Under the pieces are notes generated by a model. It was not told the DNA's origin. It saw nothing but the letters and a program-made list of their open reading frames with translations, and made no database searches. The position numbers and the translations under genes were made by a program. A DNA stretch of 32,782 bases, taken from positions 1 through 32,782 of the forward strand of contig CAIOHW010000203.1 of assembly GCA_903858195.1 (NCBI GenBank). The letters run 5' to 3'. Positions 14,584 to 22,845 of this stretch are shown piece after piece. The DNA comes from Oligoflexia bacterium (GTDB lineage Bacteria; Bdellovibrionota; UBA1018). Each line of letters starts with the position of its first letter. The stretch's first letter is position 1.

Positions 14584-17570
14584 AACATCCCGTCACCCAG
14601 CAGCCCAAAGGCCGTTGAACCCCAGCACTTGAGTGCTCCGGCGGTCGTGATGCCGCAGGTGTGGCTCTGTCCGAGCGAGACCGAAGCGTAACTGACCCCA
14701 GAGTCGATGATCACGGGATTTGTCGCATCCACCAGATTTCCATTTCCCACCTGTCCGTGGTCATTGCGTCCCCAGCACCTGAGCTCTCCTGACTCGGTGA
14801 TCCCACAAGTGTGTAACGTACCCAAGGCGACCTGCTGATAGGTCGTGCCACCGTCGATCTCGATTGGAGTTGAACGACTGACAAGACCCCCGTCTCCCAG
14901 CTGGCCGGCGGAGTTACCGCCCCAGCAATACAAGGCACCCGAGGCTTGAATGGCACAGCTGTGGGCACCGCCCAGTGAGAGCCCCTGCCAAGGACCATTG
15001 TCCAACCGGCTGGGGGTTGCATCTCCCGGGGAGCTCGCCCCAATACCCAACTGACCAGAGCCATTTGCTCCCCAACAATAAAGGTCGCCGCTGGTTCGAA
15101 TCCCGCAGACATGCACACCCAATGGGCTACCGCCCACAGCGACCTCCGAATAGGTGCTCCCCGAATCGACCGGGATCGGCGAATCGGATGCGGTGTCGCC
15201 AAACATCGTGGCAAGCTGCCCGAAACTCCCGTCGCCCCAGCACTTGAGCGCACCGCTTGTAGTGATGGCACAGCTATTCCATCCCTCGGCATCGAGCTTA
15301 GCGTAGACTGCGCCGTCGCCATGGTCCGTCGGCGTGGCGGTCAAACCAGGGCCTGCCGGACCGAGCCCAAGCTGGTGGTAAGTATTGTTTCCCCAACACA
15401 GCATTGCGCCCGCGGCGGTCAGGCCACAGCTGTGGAGAAAAGGATCATTGGTCACATCAGACCCCCCGCCTGCCGCAACAGCCTTGAAATCGATGCCTAC
15501 GGTGAGCGAGAGCGGACGCGTGCGAGTCAAACTCTGTCCGTCGCCGAGCTGACCGCTCACATTGTCACCCCAACAGCGAACCGAGCCCGACCCGGCCCCA
15601 AAGCCCGTACGGGCGCAGGTGTGCCTTGCACTGAGTGAAACCGAACCGTAGGTGGTTCCTGAATCGACTTCGGTGGGCACGTTTACGGTACCGGCGCCAC
15701 CATCGCCCAGGACTCCAAAATTTGCGACACCCCAGCACTTGAGCACCCCGGTCGATGTGAGGGCGCAGCGGTGCTCGTCGCCTGCGGCAGCCTGACCGTA
15801 AACCTCGGTGCCATCAATCGCAGTAGGGGTCATTGATGACGGATAGGTCGAAGAGCCCGGCGAGTACACGGTAGCCCCCTGTGTAAAGCCCCAGCACTTG
15901 AGAACTCCTGCCTGAGTCACGCCACAGGCTCCGGCGCCGCCGGCTGCAACATTCGAGTAGCGGACGCCGGAGTCAGTAGTCGTGGGTGAGTTGCGCTTTG
16001 AGACTCCCGTTTGTCCCAACTGACTGAAGTTGTTCATCCCCCAGCACTTCAGGCTGTTGGCAGAGGTCACTCCACAGGAGAAGGCGTTCGCTGCACTGCT
16101 CTTGCCTGCTGAGATTGCGGTGTAGATCGTACCGGTGTCATTGGCGGCCACAAAAGAGGTGGAAGTGCCCGAGCCGGTGTTGCGTCCCAATTGTCCCTTG
16201 GCGTCATTTCCTGCGCAAAACAGATTCTTGGAGCCCGTCTTATCCGCCATCACACAAGTGTGATCGAAGCCTGCGGCAAGAACTCCGGGCACAACGGCGG
16301 CGTACCCCCCTGGGATCGTGATCACGGTGGGTGCATTCACGTTGGCGGTTGCCCCGGTGCCAAGCCTTCCGCTGCCGCCGTTGCCCCAGCATTTGAGAAC
16401 CCCTGTGTTCGTGACCGCACAGGTGTGCGCATGGCCCGCTGAAACCGCTGAATAATCGGTGCCAAAATCAATCCACACGGGAGCATTTCTGGAAGTATTC
16501 GAGGCGTCCCCCAGTTGGCCCGAGGAGTTAAGGCCCCAGCAAAAAAGATTTCCGTTATCTTGAATTCCGCAAGTGTGCGAACCGCCGGCTGAGACATCGC
16601 TCCAACCCCCCACCACGACCAATGTGGGCGAGCTACGGTCTGTATTGCTCCCGTCTCCGAGTTGGCCGTGTGTATTGCGTCCCCAACAGTACATCGCTCC
16701 AGACCCGGTGATGCCGCAGGAGTGATTCACTCCTGCTGAAATCTTGACCATCGAATCCAGCCCGCCGTCGTCATCGCGCACCAGCTGGCGATGAATCTGC
16801 CGTTCGCCAATCTGTACGGCGTTGGAGTTCGTCTCGGAAAGCCCAAGCTGGACGACCTTGCTCGTCTCAGCGTCTCCGGTAAAAGTGTAGCTCAGGTTTG
16901 CCGTCGTCTGCCCGGCAGGGATCGTCAGCGTGTAGCTTGCCGGGTTCAGGTTCGTATCCCCCATCGAAGTGTAGGCTCCGGCCGGCACGTATCCCACCAC
17001 GACGTCGTAGGACTTGATCGCACTGAGCGTCACTCCGATCGTCTTGGCACTGGCACCCGTCCCCTCATCCACCACGCTGCTTGCCTCGGCGAACTGCATG
17101 GTCGCCATGGGCTCGTCGTAGGTCACCGAGTTGTCAGCCGAGCTCGAAGCCGAGGTGTTGGAGTTACCTGCAGTATCGTTAAATCGGGTGGCCGCAATGG
17201 ACGGAATCACCGTTCCGCTTCCGCGAACGACATCGGCCGTGAGCTCATAGCTAGTAGCAGACAGCTGCGTGAGCACCCAGCTATCGACCGTGGCTGTGCC
17301 ATTCTGGGTGATGTCAGCCGTCGTGAGAGTCGCCGGATCAATCGCTTCCGAGAAGGTGAGCGTGAAGCCGATTCCGTCCACTGTCGCCGGATCGGCCTGG
17401 CCCACCTTCTGTTCGAGGGTTACGGTGGGTGCTGTCGTGTCGGTCCCCGGGGTCGGATCATTGGAGCCACCCAGGCCCAGCACCTCCGGGCGCGCAGGGC
17501 TGCAGCCAGCGGCAAAGATGATCCACCCAAAGGGGATCAGAAGCCGGCGATTCACCCACTCCAACGACAT
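14550..17570 (-). CDS. Large surface lipoprotein: Ig-like domain + Calx-beta-like domain + 14 RCC1 repeats
   Basis: 1006 aa. The N-terminus ...IIFAAGC has a lipobox. APTVTLEQ...[19 protein letters not shown] is Ig-like. [15 protein letters not shown]...[20 protein letters not shown] is Calx-beta-like. There are fourteen C(W/A)G-x-N/G-x-x-GQLG(D)G blades ([15 protein letters not shown] ... [15 protein letters not shown]). Confidence 0.9.
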   Translation of the reverse strand: MSLEWVNRRLLIPFGWIIFAAGCSPARPEVLGLGGSNDPTPGTDTTAPTVTLEQKVGQADPATVDGIGFTLTFSEAIDPATLTTADITQNGTATVDSWVLTQLSATSYELTADVVRGSGTVIPSIAATRFNDTAGNSNTSASSSADNSVTYDEPMATMQFAEASSVVDEGTGASAKTIGVTLSAIKSYDVVVGYVPAGAYTSMGDTNLNPASYTLTIPAGQTTANLSYTFTGDAETSKVVQLGLSETNSNAVQIGERQIHRQLVRDDDGGLDSMVKISAGVNHSCGITGSGAMYCWGRNTHGQLGDGSNTDRSSPTLVVVGGWSDVSAGGSHTCGIQDNGNLFCWGLNSSGQLGDASNTSRNAPVWIDFGTDYSAVSAGHAHTCAVTNTGVLKCWGNGGSGRLGTGATANVNAPTVITIPGGYAAVVPGVLAAGFDHTCVMADKTGSKNLFCAGNDAKGQLGRNTGSGTSTSFVAANDTGTIYTAISAGKSSAANAFSCGVTSANSLKCWGMNNFSQLGQTGVSKRNSPTTTDSGVRYSNVAAGGAGACGVTQAGVLKCWGFTQGATVYSPGSSTYPSSMTPTAIDGTEVYGQAAAGDEHRCALTSTGVLKCWGVANFGVLGDGGAGTVNVPTEVDSGTTYGSVSLSARHTCARTGFGAGSGSVRCWGDNVSGQLGDGQSLTRTRPLSLTVGIDFKAVAAGGGSDVTNDPFLHSCGLTAAGAMLCWGNNTYHQLGLGPAGPGLTATPTDHGDGAVYAKLDAEGWNSCAITTSGALKCWGDGSFGQLATMFGDTASDSPIPVDSGSTYSEVAVGGSPLGVHVCGIRTSGDLYCWGANGSGQLGIGASSPGDATPSRLDNGPWQGLSLGGAHSCAIQASGALYCWGGNSAGQLGDGGLVSRSTPIEIDGGTTYQQVALGTLHTCGITESGELRCWGRNDHGQVGNGNLVDATNPVIIDSGVSYASVSLGQSHTCGITTAGALKCWGSTAFGLLGDGMFQSWKFPTPVW

Positions 17571-17701
17571 ATCCCTATTGTTGCACTGCTTCGGACAAAC
17601 TCAAACCCCGGCAGGTGCCGATGCCGGGACTGCGTCGGGCGTGACACCCCTTCCTGCAGAATTGCATGCCTAAAGAGAACTTCCTGCTTTAAGCTCAGGG
17701 C

Positions 17702-18724
17702 GTGACGCGATCGCTTTCAATGGCTTGCCGTGCTGCGCTGTTTGGGGCGGTGCTGCATTTTTTCCCCGTCGCTGCCGTAGGCTCCGAGGGTGAAATCTCT
17801 CTCGTGCGCCAGGCGACCCCCTTGAGTGAAGTGACCTTCGAGGCTGCGAAGCTTCAGGTGCAGGGATCGAAGATCACTGCCGAGATCGACGGCACCTTCA
17901 GTTCACCGCAGCATTCGCTTTTGGTGCAGCTCAAGGCACCGAAAGTAGACCCTGCTACGCGAAAGTTCAGGGTCGTCATCGAGTGCACCGCACTCTCAAC
18001 GCCCATGATGGTTTCACTGGTCTCGCAAAAGGGCGCGGTTCGTTCCGAGACCGTTCAGATCCAGCTGAAAACCAGCGAGGACTTTGCGTCGTTTAAGCGA
18101 AGCCTTTTAGAACCGGCTCCCCGCCTGACCCATTTTACCGTGGGCCTGGGCATGGCATCGCTGACTTATGGGCAGCCGGGTATTGCCAGCTTCAACCAGG
18201 TCGCCCTGAGCGGAAGAGCCTCCGTGCTGAGAGACATTCCGAAATTCAGGATCTGGGCTGATTTAAGTGCCTACAGCACCCTACTGCCTCTCTCGAGCAG
18301 CATCGAAGGAACATCGCTCAGGCAATTCGGATTGAACCTAAGGGTCGGTCGAAAGATCCTCCAGTTTGCCGGGGACTGGGACCTGATTGTGAGCGGCGGA
18401 GGCTTCTACACCTCAACCGTGTCCAACCAGGGGGACTTTGGCTTCAGGGATCTCTACGGCGCGCAGATTCAGCCCGCCATCACTCGACCTCTCGGCCGCA
18501 GGGGTGAGGCGCTCACGTTCTACGGCAAGTATGTACCCCTGTTTGCTCGTTCACTGAACGAGCGAGAGATCGCAGTCGGAGCACAGCTCCAGCGCGCGTT
18601 GCCGAACGACCGGGTGCTGAACCTCAACCTCGACTACTCCGACATCGCGTTCAACACGACGACTTCAGGTGGAGGCCTGGTCTTCTCGCGCAACACGGTG
18701 CTCAGCGCCTCGATCCAGTTTTGA
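17702..18724 (+). CDS. Secreted protein, probable outer-membrane beta-barrel
   Basis: 340 aa with a signal peptide (AALFGAVLHFFPVAAVGS). The C-terminal half has alternating hydrophobic residues and ends ...LSASIQF with a terminal Phe, as in OMP beta-signals. The start could be GTG 17702 or ATG 17720. Confidence 0.55.
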   Translation: MTRSLSMACRAALFGAVLHFFPVAAVGSEGEISLVRQATPLSEVTFEAAKLQVQGSKITAEIDGTFSSPQHSLLVQLKAPKVDPATRKFRVVIECTALSTPMMVSLVSQKGAVRSETVQIQLKTSEDFASFKRSLLEPAPRLTHFTVGLGMASLTYGQPGIASFNQVALSGRASVLRDIPKFRIWADLSAYSTLLPLSSSIEGTSLRQFGLNLRVGRKILQFAGDWDLIVSGGGFYTSTVSNQGDFGFRDLYGAQIQPAITRPLGRRGEALTFYGKYVPLFARSLNEREIAVGAQLQRALPNDRVLNLNLDYSDIAFNTTTSGGGLVFSRNTVLSASIQF

Positions 18725-18730
18725 AAGAAA

Positions 18731-18768
18731 GAGAGCCCCGAAGACGCGGGATGCGTCCTGGGGCTCTC
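18731..18768. terminator. Bidirectional terminator hairpin between convergent genes
   Basis: gagagcccc (18731-18739) pairs with ggggctctc (18760-18768), with inner gacgc/gcgtc pairing. It is flanked by aaagaaa on the plus side, which reads as a TTTCTTT tract for the minus-strand gene. Confidence 0.7.
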
Positions 18769-18799
18769 CGAGGAGGGGTGGGTACAGCGCTTTGGCGTT

Positions 18800-19048
18800 T
18801 TAGGCCACTTTGTGAGCGCTACGGCGCGTCTTGTACGCCTGGTAGTGCTCGAACTTTTTGTCGTAGTCAGGGACGAATTCCCCGGACTTCTTGATTAAAC
18901 CAAACTTGAACTGCTCGAAGTGCTCATCGCAAAAGCCGAATCGCGCTTCTGAGGACTTGCAGGCTTTCGCCGTGCAGTGGCCCATCGAGGCTGCTGCCTC
19001 TTTGCCCTTATGAACTTCTTTTTTCTCGGTAACTGCTGGTTTTCCCAT
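18800..19048 (-). CDS. Small basic His/Cys protein (82 aa), putative zinc-binding, unknown function
   Basis: Strong SD GAGGAG (19062-19057) lies 8 nt before the ATG. H24-C25-x4-C30-x9-C40-x2-H43 motif (GHCTAKACKSSEARFGFCDEH). Monocistronic, with its own sigma-28-type promoter and terminator. Confidence 0.7.
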   Translation of the reverse strand: MGKPAVTEKKEVHKGKEAAASMGHCTAKACKSSEARFGFCDEHFEQFKFGLIKKSGEFVPDYDKKFEHYQAYKTRRSAHKVA

Positions 19049-19075
19049 CTGATATTCTCCTCGCTCCTGACTTAC

Positions 19076-19102
19076 TGATCGGTAGTGAGCGTCAAAACTT
19101 TA
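19076..19102 (-). promoter_or_regulatory. Near-consensus sigma-28 (FliA) promoter
   Basis: The minus strand reads TAAAGTTT (19102-19095), tgacgctcact (11 nt), ACCGATCA (19083-19076). The enterobacterial consensus is TAAAGTTT-N11-GCCGATAA, so this is 8/8 and 6/8 with exact spacing. The predicted TSS is about 20 nt upstream of ATG 19048. Confidence 0.6.
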
Positions 19103-19117
19103 GTGGTTTAATCAGGC

Positions 19118-19144
19118 AATATCCTGACAAAGCGTCAGGATATT
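19118..19144. promoter_or_regulatory. Perfect 11-bp inverted repeat (candidate operator) in a divergent promoter region
   Basis: AATATCCTGAC-aaagc-GTCAGGATATT. It sits 16 nt beyond the sigma-28 -35 element and 14 nt upstream of a possible TTGCGG-17-TATCGT promoter (19158-19186) for the carboxypeptidase gene. Confidence 0.5.
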
Positions 19145-19232
19145 TTCGCTCGTCGTCTTGCGGCCTTAGAGCGACCTGCTTATCGTGGGGGAGCTTTTCC
19201 AACCCTAGATCCAACTCTAGAAAGGGTCACCC

Positions 19233-20558
19233 ATGTCAGCCGCTCCTTCAGCCGCAGTCCGCTCCGCCCTCACGCTCGCCCTCGCATCCGTTCTCCTGAC
19301 CTCCGGAGCTCAAGCGGCCCCCCGTGAGCTTCGCGCCTCTCGCTTCGTCCAGGTGCGCGCTGCCGACAAATTCGAGCGTTCGCGCATTGCCAACACGGGC
19401 ATCAGCATCGAGGCCGTCCTCTCGGACAGCGTCTGGGGCTTTGCCACCGAAAAGATGGTGGACTCCCTCAAGAGCAGCGGCTTCAAAGTGATGGGCAATT
19501 TCGACGCTTCGGTTGCTCGCGGCGGCCATCAGGACGGATTTGATTTTCCGGCAGCCGACGCCAGGTACCACAACTACACCGAGATGACTTCGAAGCTGAA
19601 GTTCATCGCTCAGAGCCATGCCGACATCGCGCGACTCTCGAGCATCGGCAAGACCCTCGAAGGCCGTGACATCTGGGCGCTTCACATCAACTCCAGCCCC
19701 GAGGCCCTTGCCAGCCGCAGCAGCACCAAGCCCGGCATCATCTATGTGGCCAACCATCATGCGCGCGAGCACCTGAGCGCCGAAGTCCCGCTGATGTTTG
19801 CCCAGCACATCCTCACCAACCGGATGCAGCCCGAAATCGCCGCTCTCCTGGAAGCTCGCGACATCTGGATTGTCCCGATGCTGAACGCCGATGGCGTCGA
19901 GCATGACATCGCCACGGGTCGCTATCAGTACTGGCGCAAAAACCGCCGCAACAACGGCGACGGCACCTTTGGCGTCGACCTGAACCGCAACTACGGCTTC
20001 CAGTGGGGAACCGGCGGCTCTTCCAACGACACCTCAAGCGACGTGTACATGGGCCCAAACCCGTTTTCGGAACCTGAGACGCAGGTCTTCAAGGCATTCG
20101 TCGAGGGCCTCCCCAACGTCAAGATCCTGCTCTCATTCCACACCTTCAGCGAGCTGATCTTGTATCCTTGGGGGCACACCCACGACACCATCGGCAAGCA
20201 GGACGACCTGCGCGTCCACGAAAAGATGGCCCGCACGATGGCCGCCTGGAACGGCTACGTCCCGCAGCAGTCGAGCGATCTCTACATCGCCAGCGGCGAC
20301 ACGACCGACTGGTCCTACGGCCAGCTCGGCATCATCTCGTTCACTTTCGAGCTTTCGCCTCGAAACACGGCCGGCATGGGCGGCTTCTACCCGGGCGCCA
20401 AGATCGTCGACAAGGCGTTTGCCGACAACCTGAAGCCGATGCTTTACCTGCTTGATCTCGCCAACGACCCGTACCGCGCACTCACAAACCGGCCTACGGG
20501 CTTTTTAAAGAGCTACGTCCAGCCGCAGCCCGAGCTCTCGCAGTTCTGGAGCCGCTAA
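19233..20558 (+). CDS. Secreted M14-family zinc carboxypeptidase
   Basis: Signal peptide. YHNYTEM...GKTLEGRDIWALHI...NHHAREH (HxxE zinc ligands)...VPMLNADG...WRKNRR...GVDLNRNY is typical of carboxypeptidase T/A-like M14 enzymes. Confidence 0.9.
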   Translation: MSAAPSAAVRSALTLALASVLLTSGAQAAPRELRASRFVQVRAADKFERSRIANTGISIEAVLSDSVWGFATEKMVDSLKSSGFKVMGNFDASVARGGHQDGFDFPAADARYHNYTEMTSKLKFIAQSHADIARLSSIGKTLEGRDIWALHINSSPEALASRSSTKPGIIYVANHHAREHLSAEVPLMFAQHILTNRMQPEIAALLEARDIWIVPMLNADGVEHDIATGRYQYWRKNRRNNGDGTFGVDLNRNYGFQWGTGGSSNDTSSDVYMGPNPFSEPETQVFKAFVEGLPNVKILLSFHTFSELILYPWGHTHDTIGKQDDLRVHEKMARTMAAWNGYVPQQSSDLYIASGDTTDWSYGQLGIISFTFELSPRNTAGMGGFYPGAKIVDKAFADNLKPMLYLLDLANDPYRALTNRPTGFLKSYVQPQPELSQFWSR

Positions 20559-20567
20559 AGGTCCCGG

Positions 20568-22238
20568 CTAAAGATCCAGGATGATGGGCATGACCGTGGG
20601 CTTCTTGCCCAGGTTGCTCAAGAAAAAACGGCGCAGCTCCACGCGGATCGTTTCCTGAAGGTCGCTCTCCACGCCCTGCGTGTTGAGCTGAAGCTCGTAT
20701 TCGCGCACGAGCTTCTTGACGAGGTTCTTGGCCTCTTCGATCAGCCACAGCTCAACTTGCTCGGAGGCAAGGCCCTTGGCCATGATCTCAGGCGAAGTCA
20801 GGATCCTGCGACTCTCGGCGTTTCGCACGAGGAGCGAAAAGACCACGCCCTTTTCGCCCAGCTGACGGCGGTCCTTGAGCACGAGCTTGGACACATCATT
20901 GCCCTCGCGCCCCTCGATCAGCACACGCGGCTCATCGAATCGCTCGACGACTTCCATGCGATCCCCACCGACCTCGATGACATCCCCATTGCTCGCAACG
21001 AGAACCTGCTCATCGCGAAGCCCGCATTCGCGGGCAAGCCTGGCATGATGCACGAGGTGCCGGTACTCGCCATGGATCGGCACAAAGAATCGCGGGCGCA
21101 CCGTCTCGATCATCTGCTTGAGCTCGGGTCGCGTGGCATGGCCCGAGGCATGGATGTCGTGCACCGCCTCGTAGAGCACCTCGGCCCCCTGCTTGAAGAG
21201 CTCGTTGATCATCCGGCCGATGGCCTTTTCGTTGCCCGGAATGTAGCGCGAGCTGAGCAGCACCGTATCCCCGGGACCAATCTTGATCTGGCGGTGCTCG
21301 CCATGGGCCACGCGCTGGAGGGCCGCACCGGTTTCTGCCTGCGAGCCGCTTGAGATCACGACGACCTGATCGCGCGGAAAATCACCGATGCGATCGAGCG
21401 TGATCAGCACATTGGCTGCGTTCTGGAGGTAACCTGCCTCGACTGCAAGACGGGCATTGCCCTCCATGCTGCGACCCGAGAGCGCGACTCGCTTTCCCTG
21501 CTTCTCGGCAATCTGCATGATCTGACCCATGCGCGACACGTTTGAGGCAAACATCGCGACGAGGGTGAGGCCGCGGGCCTTCGAAAAGAGCTCTTCAAAG
21601 CGCTCGTAGATGCGCGATTCGCTCAGACTGTGCTCGCACTTCTCGACGTTGGTTGAGTCAGAGAGCAGCAAAAGCACACCGTCATCGCCCGCCCGCCCAA
21701 ACGCTCCGAGGTCGAGCATGGATCCGTAAAACGGCGTCGGATCGATCTTGAAGTCTCCCGTATGGATCACACGTCCCAGCGGAGTGTCGATCAGGATCGC
21801 CGCGGCATCGACGATGCTGTGGTTCACCGATTCGGGTGTGATGGCAAACTTGCCCAACTCGATCCGCTCGCGCATCTGCATCACTCGCAGGTCGACCGAG
21901 TCCTCGAGCCCATGCTCGCGAAGGCGGTGCCTCACCATGAGCGATGTAAAGAGCGATGCAAACACCGGAGCGCGCACACCTGCCTTGAAGAGAAAGGGCA
22001 GAGCCCCAATGTGGTCCTCGTGGCCATGGGTGAGCACGATCGCCTTGACCTTGTCCTTGCGCTCGACGAGGTAGGTGAAGTCAGGGATCACAAACTCGAC
22101 CCCGAAATGATCGAGATCCGAGAACAAGAGCCCGCAGTCGATGACGATGATCTCGTCCTCGTGCTCGAGCACCATGCAGTTCATCCCGATCTCACCGAGG
22201 CCCCCGAGCGGAAGAATGCGCAGTGCTGAGCGGGCCAT
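20568..22238 (-). CDS. rnj: Ribonuclease J (metallo-beta-lactamase / beta-CASP)
   Basis: ATG at 22238 gives MARSALRILPLGGLGEIGMNCMVLE...THGHEDHIGALP, the standard RNase J N-terminus. The 100 codons upstream in the track ORF lie inside udk. The start overlaps the udk stop (TGATG). Confidence 0.9.
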   Translation of the reverse strand: MARSALRILPLGGLGEIGMNCMVLEHEDEIIVIDCGLLFSDLDHFGVEFVIPDFTYLVERKDKVKAIVLTHGHEDHIGALPFLFKAGVRAPVFASLFTSLMVRHRLREHGLEDSVDLRVMQMRERIELGKFAITPESVNHSIVDAAAILIDTPLGRVIHTGDFKIDPTPFYGSMLDLGAFGRAGDDGVLLLLSDSTNVEKCEHSLSESRIYERFEELFSKARGLTLVAMFASNVSRMGQIMQIAEKQGKRVALSGRSMEGNARLAVEAGYLQNAANVLITLDRIGDFPRDQVVVISSGSQAETGAALQRVAHGEHRQIKIGPGDTVLLSSRYIPGNEKAIGRMINELFKQGAEVLYEAVHDIHASGHATRPELKQMIETVRPRFFVPIHGEYRHLVHHARLARECGLRDEQVLVASNGDVIEVGGDRMEVVERFDEPRVLIEGREGNDVSKLVLKDRRQLGEKGVVFSLLVRNAESRRILTSPEIMAKGLASEQVELWLIEEAKNLVKKLVREYELQLNTQGVESDLQETIRVELRRFFLSNLGKKPTVMPIILDL

Positions 22239-22819
22239 CAGAGGTAGGCCCCGATGCGGGCTGCGATCAATCCTGCGGCGACATCCGTCTCCTCGCCCAC
22301 CGAGATGTCTGCGTACTGCTGGGTGGGCTCGAGGTATTCGTGGTGCATGGGCCTGACCGTGTCGTAGTACTGCCGGATGATGCCATCGAGTGAGCGGCCA
22401 CGTTCCTTCACGTCGCGGTGCAGGCGGCGAATGAAGCGGATGTCGGACTCCACGTGCAGGTAGATCTTGATGTCGAAAAGCGCCCGAAGTGGGGCATCCC
22501 AGAGCGTGAAGATCCCTTCGAGCAGCACGACTTTGCACGGACCCACAGCCTGCGTTTCGGGCGTGCGCTGGTTGGTGCGGTAGTCATAGACAGGCACATT
22601 GACCTTGCCCCCCTGCTTGAGGATCTCGAGGTGACTGCGAAGCAGCGGCCAGTCAAAGGCATCGGGGTGGTCAAAATTCACCCCCGGAGGGAGGGTCGGC
22701 AGATAGTAGCTGTCCTGGTGCAAAAGCGCGACGGCAGGATCCGTCACCTTCTGGAGGATCTTGCTGGCGAAAGTTGTCTTACCTGAACCGGAGCCTCCGG
22801 CAATCCCGACCAAGAACAT
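22238..22819 (-). CDS. udk: Uridine kinase
   Basis: 193 aa. GIAGGSGSGKTT P-loop, DSYY, FDHPDAFD and RR..RD..ERGR motifs. Confidence 0.9.
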   Translation of the reverse strand: MFLVGIAGGSGSGKTTFASKILQKVTDPAVALLHQDSYYLPTLPPGVNFDHPDAFDWPLLRSHLEILKQGGKVNVPVYDYRTNQRTPETQAVGPCKVVLLEGIFTLWDAPLRALFDIKIYLHVESDIRFIRRLHRDVKERGRSLDGIIRQYYDTVRPMHHEYLEPTQQYADISVGEETDVAAGLIAARIGAYL

Positions 22820-22845
22820 GTTCGGGATTGGAAGCTAACACACAA

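Noticed and set aside
15093-15103. GGTTCGAATCC, a tRNA T-loop-like word.
   Set aside because: It lies inside the RCC1 coding sequence. The flanks do not form a T-stem (only 2 bp), an acceptor stem or an anticodon arm.
19118-19146. The 11-bp palindrome followed by TTTT, read as a Rho-independent terminator.
   Set aside because: No gene on the plus strand ends upstream of it, and on the minus strand there is no U tract. An operator or regulatory role is more consistent with its position between divergent promoters.
1-22238. RNase R, RNase PH and RNase J all in one window, considered as a possible RNA-decay island.
   Set aside because: The three genes are in separate, unlinked operons with unrelated neighbours. 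This is most simply coincidence in a compact genome.
22239-22538. 100-codon N-terminal extension of the RNase J ORF. Similar extensions occur in the SBP ORF (23918-24214), the nadC ORF (13778-13852) and the rph ORF (13762-13812).
   Set aside because: The extensions overlap well-supported neighbouring genes and have no family similarity. The internal starts restore canonical N-termini (MARSALRILPLGG..., a signal peptide, MNHREGR...).
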